This document shows, one piece after another, positions 39,766 through 49,006 of a stretch of DNA of 64,000 nucleotides. Position 1 is the first letter of the stretch. Each line of letters starts with the position of its first letter. The stretch comes from a virus, in IMG/VR virus record IMGVR_UViG_3300035006_000011, positions 2,208 through 66,207 of that record. One strand, given 5' to 3'. The notes under the pieces were generated by a model. That model was not told where the DNA came from, made no database searches, and saw only the letters and a program-made list of their open reading frames with translations. Made by a program: the position numbers and the translations under genes.

Positions 39766-39967
39766 CCGCGTTAACTCCTCTTGCCGTTAACGCTTCTCGA
39801 ATCAATTGTTTAACCATGTTTGCCTTGCCTCTATCTTCTTTTTTGGCAAGTTGCGCGATCGCCTTATCAAACTTGTGTAGGTCAATGCTGTAACGGTTGC
39901 GATAGGACTTATCGCCGTGTGGATCTTCTGATTTTTTCATGATTTTTTGAGTGAGTAAGTATGTCAT
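39755..39967 (-). CDS. Small RHH protein
   Basis: RYSIDL...LAKKEDRGKANMVKQLIREAL, paralogue of 9541..9693. Confidence 0.75.
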   Translation of the reverse strand: MTYLLTQKIMKKSEDPHGDKSYRNRYSIDLHKFDKAIAQLAKKEDRGKANMVKQLIREALTARGVNADEE

Positions 39968-40010
39968 TTTGAGGTTGTCTAAAAAACGGACAACCTCAAA
40001 ATGAAGAATG

Positions 40011-40787
40011 TTATTCAACGCCTAGCGCTTTGCAATTAACTTCCAAGAAAAACTTAGAGCGAGACATTCCAGAGCGTTCAGCTAACGCTAAAAATTCTTG
40101 GTACTGCTCCTCTGTTTCGCAATGAAAAGCTATCGTGCGAGTGTTACGGTTGCTGGATTTGCACAAAACGATAGTTTCTACTTGATCCACAGATAAAGAC
40201 TCAACACTATTTTCTAAGCGTTGGTGGCTTTCAATTAATCGATCTAATTTACTGGCAATCGCTTTATTTTCTTCGCTGTGATTATGAGCGGCATAGCGGA
40301 CTTCTGAAACTACCACTACTTCACCGGAAGCAACTGTTCGCTTGATATCATCCGTTGATGCTTTGATGCCTTTAGCTAGCCCACCCATCATAGCCGCCAA
40401 GTTCGCAACTACATCGAGATCGGTGACATTTGAAGCTGAATCAATTACCGCGATCGCTTTCTTCGCAATCTCTTCGCACTTAAGGAAATACTGGCGTACT
40501 TGCTTTCCTTTTTCGGTTTGTGCAAGCATCCCCATTTCTTTCAAGCAATTAGCGGAAAGATAAATTCGCTCAACGGCAGCGCCACCGCCCTGTAAGCGTT
40601 CTACCATCTCCTCAATGATGAGGAAATCGGTTTTATTTACAAAGTTTTTAGTCAAAGCACGCTTTGCGTTATCTTTTCTTGAATACCCCAACCACTCAAC
40701 CGCAAAATCAAAATCAACGGGGAAACTTTCTTGCGACGCATACAAGCTTTGCGCCAACTTAAATGAAAATGGCTGTATATTTGTCAT
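40011..40787 (-). CDS. AntA-like N-terminus + RHH-like C-terminus
   Basis: FPVDFDFAVEWLGYSRKDNAKR; SGMSRSKFF; TTGACA-17-TAATAT promoter upstream. Confidence 0.78.
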   Translation of the reverse strand: MTNIQPFSFKLAQSLYASQESFPVDFDFAVEWLGYSRKDNAKRALTKNFVNKTDFLIIEEMVERLQGGGAAVERIYLSANCLKEMGMLAQTEKGKQVRQYFLKCEEIAKKAIAVIDSASNVTDLDVVANLAAMMGGLAKGIKASTDDIKRTVASGEVVVVSEVRYAAHNHSEENKAIASKLDRLIESHQRLENSVESLSVDQVETIVLCKSSNRNTRTIAFHCETEEQYQEFLALAERSGMSRSKFFLEVNCKALGVE

Positions 40788-40930
40788 TAGCTAATCCTCA
40801 AAAAGTGTACTTTTGTCGATTGGTTAGGGGCATTGAGAAGGTCGCAACTTCTTAACGCCTCGTTCATATTTTTATATTATCAGTGGTTTGTGTCGATGTC
40901 AACACATAAAGCAAAACCAATAAACAAGTT

Positions 40931-41458
40931 ATGCAAAATGAAGTTACACAATACCTCCCGTCTTGCTATCGACAGGGAGATGAGCAAGAAGAGATAGCGA
41001 TCGCGCTAACGCAAGGCATTGCGGAGAAATATGTTGAGTTGAGCGATCGCTTACTTACTTACCGTCAAGATTATCTAGACCCTGAAACCTGCCGTGTTGA
41101 ATGGTTGGACGAGATAGCAAGGTGGTCTGGGTGGGGTGATTTATGGGATAGTACTTGGACTGTCGAAGTAAAGCGATCGCTATTAAAGGAAACTGAATTT
41201 ATTTGGAGCAATCGCGGAAACAGAGAGGTTTTGACCAAATTGTTTAGCATTTTCAGCCTAACCGTTACCCTGGTTCCACAGACGGGATTTATTCTAAATG
41301 TGACAACCTTTCCTGGTGGGCTAGGGATTGACCCATTCTCCTATGTTGTTCAACTTCCAAGCACTTATGTTGAGGGTTCTCCCGAATTGCGAACAGTTAA
41401 ACGGTTGCTAAAAGATTTTTTACCTTGTTGGATTGAATTTTCTTATTCTTATGTCTAA
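40931..41458 (+). CDS. Baseplate wedge / tail protein I (P2 gpI-like)
   Basis: YLDPETCRVEWLDEIARWSG, LLKDFLPCW. Confidence 0.85.
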   Translation: MQNEVTQYLPSCYRQGDEQEEIAIALTQGIAEKYVELSDRLLTYRQDYLDPETCRVEWLDEIARWSGWGDLWDSTWTVEVKRSLLKETEFIWSNRGNREVLTKLFSIFSLTVTLVPQTGFILNVTTFPGGLGIDPFSYVVQLPSTYVEGSPELRTVKRLLKDFLPCWIEFSYSYV

Positions 41459-43442
41459 TTCAGTTGTTTCTATTGCAATAAATGCCCGCAATTTAGCAGG
41501 TGGCGCGTTCAACCAATTGCGATCGCAAGTTGGCTCAGTGACAAATGCTCTGGGAGCAATGCGATCGCAATTCACGCAATCAACCCAAGAAACAGGTAAA
41601 GCAGTTAATGCGGTAAGCCTGTTAAGTGGACAATATTTCCTGTTAAACAAAGCAGCAGAAGCAGCTACTTTTGCCTTTAGCAAATTATCATCAGCAGGTA
41701 GCGATGCGATTCAGCGTCAAGTTGAGCAAGTTTCTGCATTGTCAACCGCAATGCAGACATTAGGTTTATCTCAGAGGGATGCTGGGCGATATACGCAGGG
41801 GGTAGAGACTGCGATCGCAAAGCTAGGTAAGGACTTGCCTGTTAACGCAGAAAATATCCAGGTGTTTTTTAAAACTATCCAGGATGATTACAACATTGCT
41901 TTAAAAGGTGCGGGTGCATCGCTTGATACTATTAAAAAAGCTCAATTATCATCCAGTTCTCGAATTGCCTTATTGTCGGATTTGGCTGGTGGTGATGTTG
42001 GTGCGTCCCGTTCAGCAGTATCCGCTTTTCTTGGTGGAAGTGTAGGAGCGCAAGGGCTAAACCAGTATCAATTTTTCGCCAATAACCCGCAGTTATCAAA
42101 CGCTTTAAAATCAGGATTGACGGCGAGAGGGGTAAAATCAACGGGTGACTTATCCGGGCTTGAACGAGTAAAGCTGTTAACCGAGGCATTGGAAAAAGCC
42201 GTTACTCCACAAATGATTGACCTGCTTCAAGGTACGGTCAAAGCTAGATTGTCGGCATTTACGGACGCACTGTTTGACCCAACTATTGGACTGTTCTCAA
42301 TCCAGCGCGACTTAGAACCGAAAATAGACGGTTATCAATCGGTATTTACAGCTTTTGGGGATACCTTAGATATCCTAATTGGCAGTAATGGAATCGTTGA
42401 AAATCTGACAAGGCTGCTGGGATTTAGTGGAACCGACCCCATGCAATCGCTCTACGACGGTGTAAATGCTCTCAATGCCTATCTACTTGGTGTAGCTGGA
42501 GGATTAGCCAAATTAAAATCTCTATCAGGAACCGACATTGGTGCAAGTGTCGGTAAATTTTTAGCTCAAGCTACAAACCTTGTTTTTGACGGATTACTTG
42601 GCGCGATCGCATCCATCAAATGGGGAGGTCTAATTAAGGGAGTGTTTGTTGGAATTGGCGCATTCTTTGCAAATCTCGATTGGAAGGTTTATCTTGCTGG
42701 AGCATTAGCATTGGCTGCCACCGCGATCGCACCTTTTATCATTGGGGCAATTGGTACTTTTGTTGCTGGTGTCGTATCAGTTGTAGCGGGGGCTTTAATT
42801 GGCGTTCCCGTCTTGATTATTAGTGCAATAGTTGTAGGAGTAGTCGCTATAGCGAAACTGATTAGTGACAACTGGGAAGCAATTAGTAGCTTTGTTTCAA
42901 CTACTTGGGACAAACTAACGAAAAAGGTTGCCTCAATCATTGACGGCATCGCTTCTGCTGTAAGCGGTTTTTTTGGAGCAATACAACAGAAACTAGCGGG
43001 CATCACCCAAGCCATCAGTAACCCTGGTGGCATTGTTTCTAGTCCAGTTGTTCAAAGTACCACGGCTGGTGCTGCTACTGGTGGTTTATTTGGCGGGTTA
43101 CTGGGTTTTGCTTCTGGATTAGCCAGTTCCTTTTTCTCTCGTGCTGATGGTTTTATTCCAGCTAGTGGTGGCTTCCTAGGTGCTCTAGCTTCCGAAGCCG
43201 CACGCAAGCCCACAGGCTCAGATTTTGTTATTGCCAATTCATCCGAGGCTGTTCTCACCCCTCGAATGTTGCAAAATCTCACAGGTAATCTACTTGGTGC
43301 GGGTAGTAGTAAAACCGTCAACTTTCAACCTGGAGCGATCGTTTTTAATTTACCATCAGGTACACCGACTGAGATCGCAATGGCTGCGATCGCAATCATT
43401 GAACAAGCCCTAGCGACTGAGCTTGAAACTAAAATCGCTTAA
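41451..43442 (+). CDS. Tape measure protein
   Basis: Ala/Gly-rich amphipathic, hydrophobic C-terminal third, FVIANSSEAVLTP motif. Confidence 0.8.
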   Translation: MSNSVVSIAINARNLAGGAFNQLRSQVGSVTNALGAMRSQFTQSTQETGKAVNAVSLLSGQYFLLNKAAEAATFAFSKLSSAGSDAIQRQVEQVSALSTAMQTLGLSQRDAGRYTQGVETAIAKLGKDLPVNAENIQVFFKTIQDDYNIALKGAGASLDTIKKAQLSSSSRIALLSDLAGGDVGASRSAVSAFLGGSVGAQGLNQYQFFANNPQLSNALKSGLTARGVKSTGDLSGLERVKLLTEALEKAVTPQMIDLLQGTVKARLSAFTDALFDPTIGLFSIQRDLEPKIDGYQSVFTAFGDTLDILIGSNGIVENLTRLLGFSGTDPMQSLYDGVNALNAYLLGVAGGLAKLKSLSGTDIGASVGKFLAQATNLVFDGLLGAIASIKWGGLIKGVFVGIGAFFANLDWKVYLAGALALAATAIAPFIIGAIGTFVAGVVSVVAGALIGVPVLIISAIVVGVVAIAKLISDNWEAISSFVSTTWDKLTKKVASIIDGIASAVSGFFGAIQQKLAGITQAISNPGGIVSSPVVQSTTAGAATGGLFGGLLGFASGLASSFFSRADGFIPASGGFLGALASEAARKPTGSDFVIANSSEAVLTPRMLQNLTGNLLGAGSSKTVNFQPGAIVFNLPSGTPTEIAMAAIAIIEQALATELETKIA

Positions 43443-43598
43443 TTTGTGTCAGCAGACATTATCGCGTTTCTTTTACAGTACAATATTTTTTAGTCCGGCA
43501 ACGAAAGCTTGAGTTCGTACCTCAAGCGATCGCGTCAGCGTGCCGTAGGCATATCGCTCTAACAACCGGGTTCAGAATCAACACTTCCGAACAAACCA

Positions 43599-44285
43599 AT
43601 GCTAACAGAAAAATTCATCTTGGACGCACTCGAAGCAGAGCGTAACGGACAGCAATTTCCTATTGACTTTGACGATATTTGGGAAAATGCAGGATATAGC
43701 CGTAAAGATTCTGGAATACGGGCATTACTCAAAGGTCGCCTAATCCCAGAAATTGATTTCCACATCATTGTGGGAAATAAAGTATTAGGGATTTCCAATA
43801 AGCATAAATTATCTGTCGATGCATCTAAATCATTTTGTTTAGCTGCAAACACTGACAAAGGGGAAGAAGCAAGACGCTATTTCATCGAAGTAGAAAAACG
43901 TTACCGCCAACATCTAGAGCGATCGCTATCCCTGTCTTTTGACACAAAATCAGAAGAGCCAGCTTTCCCCTATTCTTCCACTCAGATTCACGAATGGGTA
44001 GACTATTGCAACCGCACTTATACGCGGTCTGTTATCAAAAACGATTACGAAGAAGGGATTGACTATATTTGGGTAGAAAGGGAAATGTATCTTAACGCCG
44101 ATGCCGCAACAATTTTGTTAAATGCTGCCCGTCCGCGTCCAGGGGTAATAATCCCATCGGAATTGAAGAAACGCCCATTCCCCTGGGATAAGCTGCAACA
44201 ATTCCAAGACAACAAGATTAATCGGAGGCGATCGCAGTCACATTTACAGTCGGAAGCGCTAGGGCAGTTGAGTTTGTTTGATTAA
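43599..44285 (+). CDS. AntA/AntB-like antirepressor
   Basis: FPIDFDDIWENAGYSRKD; KNDYEEGIDY; ends GQLSLFD. Confidence 0.78.
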   Translation: MLTEKFILDALEAERNGQQFPIDFDDIWENAGYSRKDSGIRALLKGRLIPEIDFHIIVGNKVLGISNKHKLSVDASKSFCLAANTDKGEEARRYFIEVEKRYRQHLERSLSLSFDTKSEEPAFPYSSTQIHEWVDYCNRTYTRSVIKNDYEEGIDYIWVEREMYLNADAATILLNAARPRPGVIIPSELKKRPFPWDKLQQFQDNKINRRRSQSHLQSEALGQLSLFD

Positions 44286-46654
44286 CCAGGTGGTTGCCCA
44301 GTCAAGCACCATTGAATCCACCCTGTTGGAGCTGCGAAAAGTCCATTTTTGTCGGCTCCTTTTTTACGCATTTGAAAATGAAGATGTGCTGCACTTCCAA
44401 CACCTGTGCTACCCGAATAAGCGATTACTTGCCCTGCATTGTACTTTCCACTCCCTCCACTTGTCAGGTGCAAATATTCAAAAGTATATCCACCATAATC
44501 AAACCTCACCATATTTCCCGCGCTACCTTGGTTTGGCAAGTAAGTCACGTCAATTGATTCACCTGATTTGCAAATTGCGTACAGCTTAGTATTTGAACCG
44601 CATCCAATATCAATGCCTCGATGGTACGTACTCGCACCGGGTATTCCGGTATTACGTGGCCCAAAACCAGAAGTTACCGGATAGCCTGCAATGACATCTC
44701 CCTTAGCTGCTGCTTTTTTCCATTTCGCGTCCCATTTATCGAAATCAGGACTATTGATCGCAGCCGTCCCACTAACAGCACCCCCTTGAGTAGGCGTTGA
44801 ATCTTGCTTGACCACCACTGCAACTGGTAAGTAGATTGAAATAGTAGATGCGATCGCCCCTTGCGCCCAAGAATGTTTAACCTGAGATATTCGGTAACCT
44901 CGGTCAATTGCTTCACCGTAGCCAGTAGATGGCTTAACAATTTCTCCAGGTTGCCAGGTTAAAACATCAGGCTGCAACACCGTCAGAATGTTTAATGTTG
45001 ATTCAAAACCTTTTCCTACTCCTTTTTTTTCATCGGCTGCTGATTTAAGGTCAAGTATCCCAGCTTTGTTTAAGTTAATCGTCGGTTGTAGCTTGTTTAA
45101 TTCCGTGGCTGCTGTTGGTAAAGAGTTAGTAGTGGTTGGTGGTGTAATGGAGGTAGTTGGTGTAACTACTTTTTCGGCTTGGACTGGGGTAATGTTTCGG
45201 TCGTTGCTTGCAGTATCACCCCAAGTTGAACCAGGGAGTAAAACATCTTTTTTGGCAAACCTAACTTTGTCTGAAGTTTTCAACGCTTCTAACTTAATTT
45301 TCTCTGTATCCCCACGAACAAATAACCCGATTGTTTTAGCTGCTTTAACCAAGGCTTGATAGTTAGTTTCATTTCTCTTCACTACAGTCATTACTTTATC
45401 AGCATCAATATCGTCCGCGATCGCCACTTCTGCCCCAACACCTGCGGCAATTTGATTTGCAAGTTGACGAATAGTAGTGTTGCGATAAACTGCAAATGAT
45501 TTGAGACTTTTAGCAATGATTGCCCTTACTTGTTTGCCCTGGATTGTGGTTGTGTGAGGTATGCGATCGCTGCCTCGAAGATCGGTGAGGAGGAATTCGT
45601 AGACAGTCATTTCGGTGTCGTTAAACCCCATTTCAACAAAAACGCGAACGCCTTGAGTCACATCTATTGCCGCGCTATCCGTCTTAGTGTCTTTTCCCAG
45701 AGTTTTGAGTGTATCAGAGGCAGATGGTAAAGCGGTTGTACTAGTGGTTGCTGGAGTAGTAGGGGCAGTCGTAGTAGTTTTAGATGAAACTGATTTGAGC
45801 CGATTGAAGTTAGCTAAAAACGTCCCCTTTTTTCCTCCAGGTGTCCCTTGCCCGTACCTTGCTGGTTCTAATGATGCCCATTCCCATGATGCCCCGTTGC
45901 CCTTTCGCCCATCTCCGTTTAGCGCTGCTTCTATATCCCCCCTCTCCACCTCTTCCAGTATTCCTCGATATATCATTCTTCCAACTGCTAAAATCTCTTG
46001 CGATATCGGCTTAAAATCTTTCAATCCTAAACCTTTTGACCCATATGCGGTATCGTCATCCCAAACAAAATCCATTGTTTGGTATCTTCCCGTCGCCGAA
46101 CTAGTAAAACCGCTAGCCGATCGCCTTTTGCGTGGATGTGTCGTTAATGTCTTGGGGTCAAACGTCTCAGTCCCCCCAGTGTCCCCAAATAAGTAACCGT
46201 ACCCACCTTTTGCAGCTGCATTATCGCCTAGTTCCGCGATCGCAACCGCATCTAAAAAAGCCCTCACGTTTGAATTAGACAACGCTTGATAAGCCTTTCT
46301 CCCAACAGGCGTCAACCCAGATAAATCCGAAACGCCATACTTTTGTTCTAGTTGTTTCAAATAGCCGTTTGGGTCGCCAGTCAAAGATGGAGTGCCAGTG
46401 CCAGTAGCGCTTGTCTCTTCCTTCTTCTCTTCTCCTAGCAATCCCTTCGGTACTATTATTCCTCCAACTCTTTGAAATTCAGTTAATAGTAAATTTAATA
46501 ATTTAAGGTCAGGGTCAAACACAGAAACCGTGCAACTACTTGCCCTTTCTTGTTCCCCCAGAGTCACTTCTGCTGATTGCAAAAAACCATCATCGTTTTG
46601 ATAAATAAAACGATTTGCAATGTTGACTCGGATTTGGGGCGATCGCAGTCGCAT
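44282..46654 (-). CDS. Baseplate hub (gpD-like) with inserted muramidase and C-terminal M23 peptidase
   Basis: RAFLDAVAIAE...ATGRYQ (lambda-R/GH104-like); YHRGIDIG and HLHFQ (M23). Confidence 0.85.
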   Translation of the reverse strand: MRLRSPQIRVNIANRFIYQNDDGFLQSAEVTLGEQERASSCTVSVFDPDLKLLNLLLTEFQRVGGIIVPKGLLGEEKKEETSATGTGTPSLTGDPNGYLKQLEQKYGVSDLSGLTPVGRKAYQALSNSNVRAFLDAVAIAELGDNAAAKGGYGYLFGDTGGTETFDPKTLTTHPRKRRSASGFTSSATGRYQTMDFVWDDDTAYGSKGLGLKDFKPISQEILAVGRMIYRGILEEVERGDIEAALNGDGRKGNGASWEWASLEPARYGQGTPGGKKGTFLANFNRLKSVSSKTTTTAPTTPATTSTTALPSASDTLKTLGKDTKTDSAAIDVTQGVRVFVEMGFNDTEMTVYEFLLTDLRGSDRIPHTTTIQGKQVRAIIAKSLKSFAVYRNTTIRQLANQIAAGVGAEVAIADDIDADKVMTVVKRNETNYQALVKAAKTIGLFVRGDTEKIKLEALKTSDKVRFAKKDVLLPGSTWGDTASNDRNITPVQAEKVVTPTTSITPPTTTNSLPTAATELNKLQPTINLNKAGILDLKSAADEKKGVGKGFESTLNILTVLQPDVLTWQPGEIVKPSTGYGEAIDRGYRISQVKHSWAQGAIASTISIYLPVAVVVKQDSTPTQGGAVSGTAAINSPDFDKWDAKWKKAAAKGDVIAGYPVTSGFGPRNTGIPGASTYHRGIDIGCGSNTKLYAICKSGESIDVTYLPNQGSAGNMVRFDYGGYTFEYLHLTSGGSGKYNAGQVIAYSGSTGVGSAAHLHFQMRKKGADKNGLFAAPTGWIQWCLTGQPPG

Positions 46655-46791
46655 AAAATTATCTAAAAATATTTTGTGTTGCTAGATTATATTATGTTTC
46701 TTCTGATATACAATGTTTTGAGATGGGCACGGCGCGTCAACGCCGTTACTTTGAACAGCCCACCCACCACAATCGTAGGTTCAGTACGAAG

Positions 46792-47587
46792 ATGGCTAAG
46801 AAAGATTATACCGCAGCCGAAGCAGTTAAATTGTATATTGGCAACTTAGAATTTGATGCAATTCGGATAATTGAGACTGGCGAATATCGGATGAGTCAAT
46901 CTCAGATGTTGCGAGCGGTCAACCGGGTTTCTTGATATTTTGGCGAGTTCGAGTCTAAGACTCCCGACAAGGCTCAACGCCTTAAGGATAAGGGGTTTTC
47001 GTGGTGTCGAGTCAGGGTTAAATATCACGACGGACAACGATTCCGCTACGCTGAAACCCTGTCGCTTAAAGATGTTCGTATTTTTTGGAATTTCGAGAAT
47101 AAAAACGGCAACGAACACGCCGAGACTTTAGTCGATGTGCTAACAGATGACTCCCTACGCGATCGCTTTGACCAAGTACGGTACTCGGCGCACAATTGAA
47201 GAAAGACGAATAGACGACATCCGCGTTATGGATACACCTCGCAAATTTCACCCGTTATTTGGTGACGAAAACATGGATAAAATTGCATCCTTTCTTAAAG
47301 TCGGGCGCAACCATCCTAAGTTAGCAAATTGGATGTGGGAGTTCGTCTATCACACCCTGAATGTAGAGAGGAACGGGCGAAGCTGGACAATCTCAACCCC
47401 GTCCAACCGAACGGGCACAGGAAACAAACTATTCACCAATGGTTGGAAGAGAACGCAACCGAGAAGCACAAACAACATTTTGATAAAGTCTTGATGGTGG
47501 TTTGCCGCACCGTCTGAGCAAGAATTTGGCGACTTATTTGCTCGCCTGTGTGGCGGTAAGTTCCAATGTCGATTGTTTAACTTCTAA
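46792..47587 (+). pseudogene. Disrupted P63C-family gene (paralogue of 12128..12926)
   Basis: In-frame TGA at 46933 plus frameshifts near 47175, 47370 and 47510; fragments align to paralogue and end QCRLFNF. Confidence 0.85.
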
Positions 47588-47616
47588 ACCAATATCTGCT
47601 GACACAAACAAAAAAA

Positions 47617-47643
47617 GACGGATACCTATCATGGTTGTCCGTC
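47617..47643. terminator. GACGGATA-N11-TGTCCGTC palindrome (copy 8)
   Basis: A- and T-tracts on both sides; convergent genes. Confidence 0.8.
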
Positions 47644-47662
47644 TTTTTTTGTTTCCCTTGCT

Positions 47663-48382
47663 TTACCGTTGCGCCATTTCAGGTTGCCAGTGGTTTAACC
47701 TGTCTCGAAAATCAAGTAGTTGGGCATCACTCATAAGCGATCGCGCTTTGACGTTATACCAGGTCATCGTGAGGTGTCTTGCTTGGTCAGATTGAATTCC
47801 TTTACGCTTCATTAACGAGCTGGTTTCGTCTATCAACATTTCTCGATCAATGCGATTAGGTGGAAGGTTTGCAGAATTAAAGTGAGGAGTGAGTTCACGG
47901 TTTTGTGGTTGCGTTTCCTCTGGTTGCCCAAGTCTTGCCTGTACGGTAGCGATGATGCCAGCCCAGTTAGCATCCTTATTCCAGTCTGCCTTGATTCGTT
48001 GTTTAGTGGTTGCATCGTAAACCCTGGCAAACACTACGGTTTCTTCTCCCGGTGCGACAGCTAAAATTAATGGCTTTGACACATCAAACTGGGCGATCGC
48101 AAGTAAAAAGGTCTTAGCAAAATTAGTCTCTATTCCTGTGCGAACAATGTAAAGTTCATCGGATTGAATAACAATATCAAGCTTTACGTTTGTTTTACCC
48201 TTGTACTCTTTATTAGTTAGCCGTAGTTCTTGCAGCTTCCCGCACAGTCCTCGTTCAGCGACAGGAATTGTTTGTTGGGTGTCTATATTAAACTTGTACC
48301 AGAGTGACGAAGCGCTGTCCTCGCCAGCGCGAACATATAAATAGATAGGTTCTGGAGGATTGCATAAACCAAAATTAATCAT
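47663..48382 (-). CDS. Conserved hypothetical protein (possible ssDNA-binding/recombination)
   Basis: 239 aa in replication region; beta-rich N-domain, helical C-domain. Confidence 0.55.
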   Translation of the reverse strand: MINFGLCNPPEPIYLYVRAGEDSASSLWYKFNIDTQQTIPVAERGLCGKLQELRLTNKEYKGKTNVKLDIVIQSDELYIVRTGIETNFAKTFLLAIAQFDVSKPLILAVAPGEETVVFARVYDATTKQRIKADWNKDANWAGIIATVQARLGQPEETQPQNRELTPHFNSANLPPNRIDREMLIDETSSLMKRKGIQSDQARHLTMTWYNVKARSLMSDAQLLDFRDRLNHWQPEMAQR

Positions 48383-48566
48383 TGTTCAACTCCTTTAATA
48401 AAATATCTGCGGCTGAAATTGCATCACGGGCGATCGCGTGAAAATCTTCTGTGGTGTACTCTGGATTTGCCAGCAACGCTGCCATGAATTGTGCTGCAAA
48501 TAGCTGTGCGTTGTTGCTTATTTTGTTCTTCAGAGCTTTCCATTTTTTCTCCTGATTTTTTGGCAC
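48375..48566 (-). CDS. Small hypothetical protein
   Basis: AAQFMAALLANP...AADILLKEL typical of small phage proteins. Confidence 0.55.
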   Translation of the reverse strand: MPKNQEKKWKALKNKISNNAQLFAAQFMAALLANPEYTTEDFHAIARDAISAADILLKELNND

Positions 48567-49003
48567 TCGACTTGGGTGAAAGCTGCTTGAACTAGAACTG
48601 ATAGCTGCTGTTGACCAGAAACAACACCTAGGTATAAGTCTATGTTTAGCGATCGCACTCTTGATTCAACCTTGTCTGCATCAAAGTAATAGCAGTGCGG
48701 CAAAATCATCACAAACTCATCACCACCACGGCGATAAATGCAGTCAGTCATTCGGACGCATGATTTCAAGCCCATTACTACTTCAATTAATAGGCGATCG
48801 CCTTTATCATGACCCTCCCTCACATTAGTCATGCCCAGTCCGGGGACATCAACAGCAATCACTGTTACTTCATCTTCACTATGCAACTGGCTAATCAATG
48901 CGCTTTGGCTTAATGCTCTAGTCAGGCGATCGTATTTGACCTGTTGTTCCAACTCTGCTACTCGGGTGAGCAACAAAGCAATTAATGCTTGCTCTGTTGT
49001 CAT
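48530..49003 (-). CDS. Stand-alone GGDEF-domain protein
   Basis: YDRLT, DxxxxxxxNxxxGHDKGDRLL, RMTD I-site five residues before GGDEF. Confidence 0.85.
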   Translation of the reverse strand: MTTEQALIALLLTRVAELEQQVKYDRLTRALSQSALISQLHSEDEVTVIAVDVPGLGMTNVREGHDKGDRLLIEVVMGLKSCVRMTDCIYRRGGDEFVMILPHCYYFDADKVESRVRSLNIDLYLGVVSGQQQLSVLVQAAFTQVECQKIRRKNGKL

Positions 49004-49006
49004 GAC

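Noticed and set aside
23836-46654. Extracellular contractile injection system or tailocin
   Set aside because: Terminase, portal, protease and capsid genes are present, so this is a DNA-packaging phage
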